Under the pieces are notes generated by a model. The model was not told where the DNA came from. It did no database searches and was given only the letters and a program-made list of their open reading frames with translations. From assembly GCA_965153285.1 (NCBI GenBank), contig OZ229116.1: DNA of 64,000 nucleotides; one strand, written 5' to 3'. This document shows, in pieces, positions 61,985 through 64,000 of the stretch (the first letter of the stretch is position 1; each line of letters starts with the position of its first letter). Source of the stretch: Podarcis tiliguerta. Taxonomy: Eukaryota. A program made the position numbers and the translations under genes.

Positions 61985-62095
61985 CAGCAGGCTGGTGTGC
62001 AAGGAGAACAAGCAGGGTGCAGGTCCCCTGTGTGGAGAAGATGGAGAAATGCTATTGGGTGACAGAGATACGATGGAGCTGCTCAACACCATGCA
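61985..62095 (+). mobile_element. CR1 ORF2 fragment
   Basis: The peptide KENKQGAGPLCGEDGEMLLGDRDTMELLNT matches the CR1 motif K.K..VGPL..EDG..LT.D.EKAELLN. Confidence 0.7.
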
Positions 62096-63384
62096 GTTCC
62101 CTGGACCTACTACCTGTATCCAAGCATTTTGATCAGTTTCTCTGGGTACAGCCACATCATGTGAATATCTATAGGAGATGCATATCTGATTTTCACTTTA
62201 TTGCTCGCAGACAGCAATATTTAATGTAGTGCCGGGCTTGCAGAATAGGGATTCTCTTTGCAAATAATTGCTCTGAACTGGCTTCATTGTGTTTCAAGTT
62301 CTGACAGGTAAAGTTTGCAAAGGCGTGGTATACCCGACTACAATTTATTTCCATATGTAGTAAGAAGATTTGAGCTCGTGGGGGTAGAGAGTAGCAAGAA
62401 AATCTGGGAACAAAACACCTTTAAAATAATATTTAGTTGTAATTTAGGTTTGGGTAGGTTGTGTTTGGTTTTCTATCGGAACAACTGCATGCATTCCATC
62501 TGCTCTCTTTCTCTCCAACATTTATTACAAAAACAGATTGTTAGTTAAGGTAATTGTTATGCTGCCCATTTTCCTTTCTTCTTCTTTCAAGCTTACACAG
62601 TTTTTATTTGAAAGCCAAGACTGTCAGAGGTCTGTTTACTTTATCTCACTCATATGCTATGAAAATGAATGGCATTTGTAGAACACACAAACTATTTTTT
62701 GTTGGATCCTGCATCTATGATTTATGACCAACATGTATCCCTGATTTCCTTGCAAGAGGGATCTTTATTGTCTTTGTGTACTAACTCATAGCAGAAGAAC
62801 TTGTCTGTTTTGAGCTAAGCCAGACCTCTTGTAAAAAGAATCAAATTATTTCATCATGTTGGAAATGAAAAGCTATAATTACTTGTAATTAGACTTCAGA
62901 ATTTTTGAAATTGGGGAATTCTTTTCCAGAGGTTTAAGATCACTCCAAATCAGTACCGTTGGAAAATAGGAAATAATTTTCTGTTCAATTTGAAATTGAT
63001 TCAATTTATGCTTTGACAGCTATTTTTCTGCTTTGATATTTTTGGTGAGGGGAAAGGGCTGAACTACAATGATTAATGTGATGTTTGCCATCGTTCTATA
63101 CATTTGTTTAGTCCCAACTTGTTGATGCATTTCTTTAAGCCTGTATCTTAAAAGAAACATTTAAGGTGCAGTTATTTTCCTGCTCACTTTTCTATGCCAT
63201 GTCTATTATATACTGTTGTTCTAATGAAAACTTTCCCAAGAGGCACACAGAACATATATATATTTCAACGCAGTACACAAAAATACATAATCCTGAAACA
63301 ATAACAACCCACACTCTAAAAATATGATAAAAACAGCATCAGCATCAGTTAAAAGTCTTCATGAAGAGGAACATTTTCATCTTT

Positions 63385-63514
63385 GAGTGGAGAGCCTGTA
63401 GCCCTCAAGATGCTGTTAGACAGCTGCCACCATCCATGAAGATTGGTGATGTTGACTAAGGCTGATGGCAGCTGGACTTAAGACCTGGAAGGCTGCAGGT
63501 TGTCTACTCCTCTG
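63385..63514. mobile_element. Degenerate hAT-type MITE
   Basis: CCTGTAGCCCTCAAGATG...GCTGATGGCAGCTGGAC...GGAAGGCTGCAGGTTG parallels 28394-28531. Confidence 0.55.
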
Positions 63515-64000
63515 AAGGTGGGGTGATGGTGATGAGGTGGCTTTGGGGACTACTTTAGGGAGATCATTTGTATAGAATTGGTGCCATCAAGGGAAAAGCT
63601 TTGCTTCTCCCATTCTAGCAGGTCTCACTTTCTGGCTAGAGGGACCAGAGTCTCTTCAGGAGATTCATTAGGGAGCAATCACTTTCCAAATTATACTGGT
63701 ATAAATCATACATGGTTTAACTGTTAAAGGTAATCAGCACTTTGAGTTACTCAGGAATACAGCCAGTACAGCCATGTGAAGAGCACTCTCATATACACAA
63801 ATCTTAGAATTTTATTTAAAATGTTGCTTAACTACCTTTCATGAAAAGATTCCAGAGCAATATGTGAAAGTGTGAATAAAAATCAAACAAGATTGTTTAG
63901 TGGTCTGGTGTAGTTACCTAAATGGAAATCTGTCTTGGCTTTATTATTATTATTTTGGAAGCAAACGAAAACAGCAAGTTCACATTTGCAAAAATTTAAG

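Noticed and set aside
29635-64000. Further ZNF407 coding exons
   Set aside because: I saw no acceptor-flanked segment that continues YKCHVCG into the rest of the finger. The next exon probably lies beyond the window, although it could be hidden in an N-run.

Overview
Vertebrate genomic DNA from a squamate reptile, very probably a lacertid lizard, judged from Sauria/Squam1 SINEs, a Squam3-type SINE and BovB LINE fragments. The window covers the 5' half of ZNF407 on the + strand. It holds the end of the upstream intron, the giant first coding exon (ATG 13841 to donor 18542), an ~11 kb intron, a 115-nt coding exon (29520-29634) and ~34 kb of the next, very long intron. No promoter or CpG island and no further ZNF407 exon were recognised. 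The introns contain tRNA-derived SINEs, BovB/CR1/L2 remnants, TA-flanked Tc1/pogo-like MITEs, hAT MITEs (one nested in a SINE with a perfect 8-bp TSD), microsatellites and six N-runs. They also contain repeat-poor, motif-dense stretches that look like conserved enhancers. All other ORFs in the track appear spurious or are TE remnants. I found no convincing novel multi-gene system. The most interesting signals are a repeated HX4H+HX5H zinc-finger doublet in ZNF407, apparent decay of three N-terminal fingers, candidate PBX/MEIS/HOX enhancer modules and MITE structure. Family names and comparisons to mammalian ZNF407 come from recall, not database searches.
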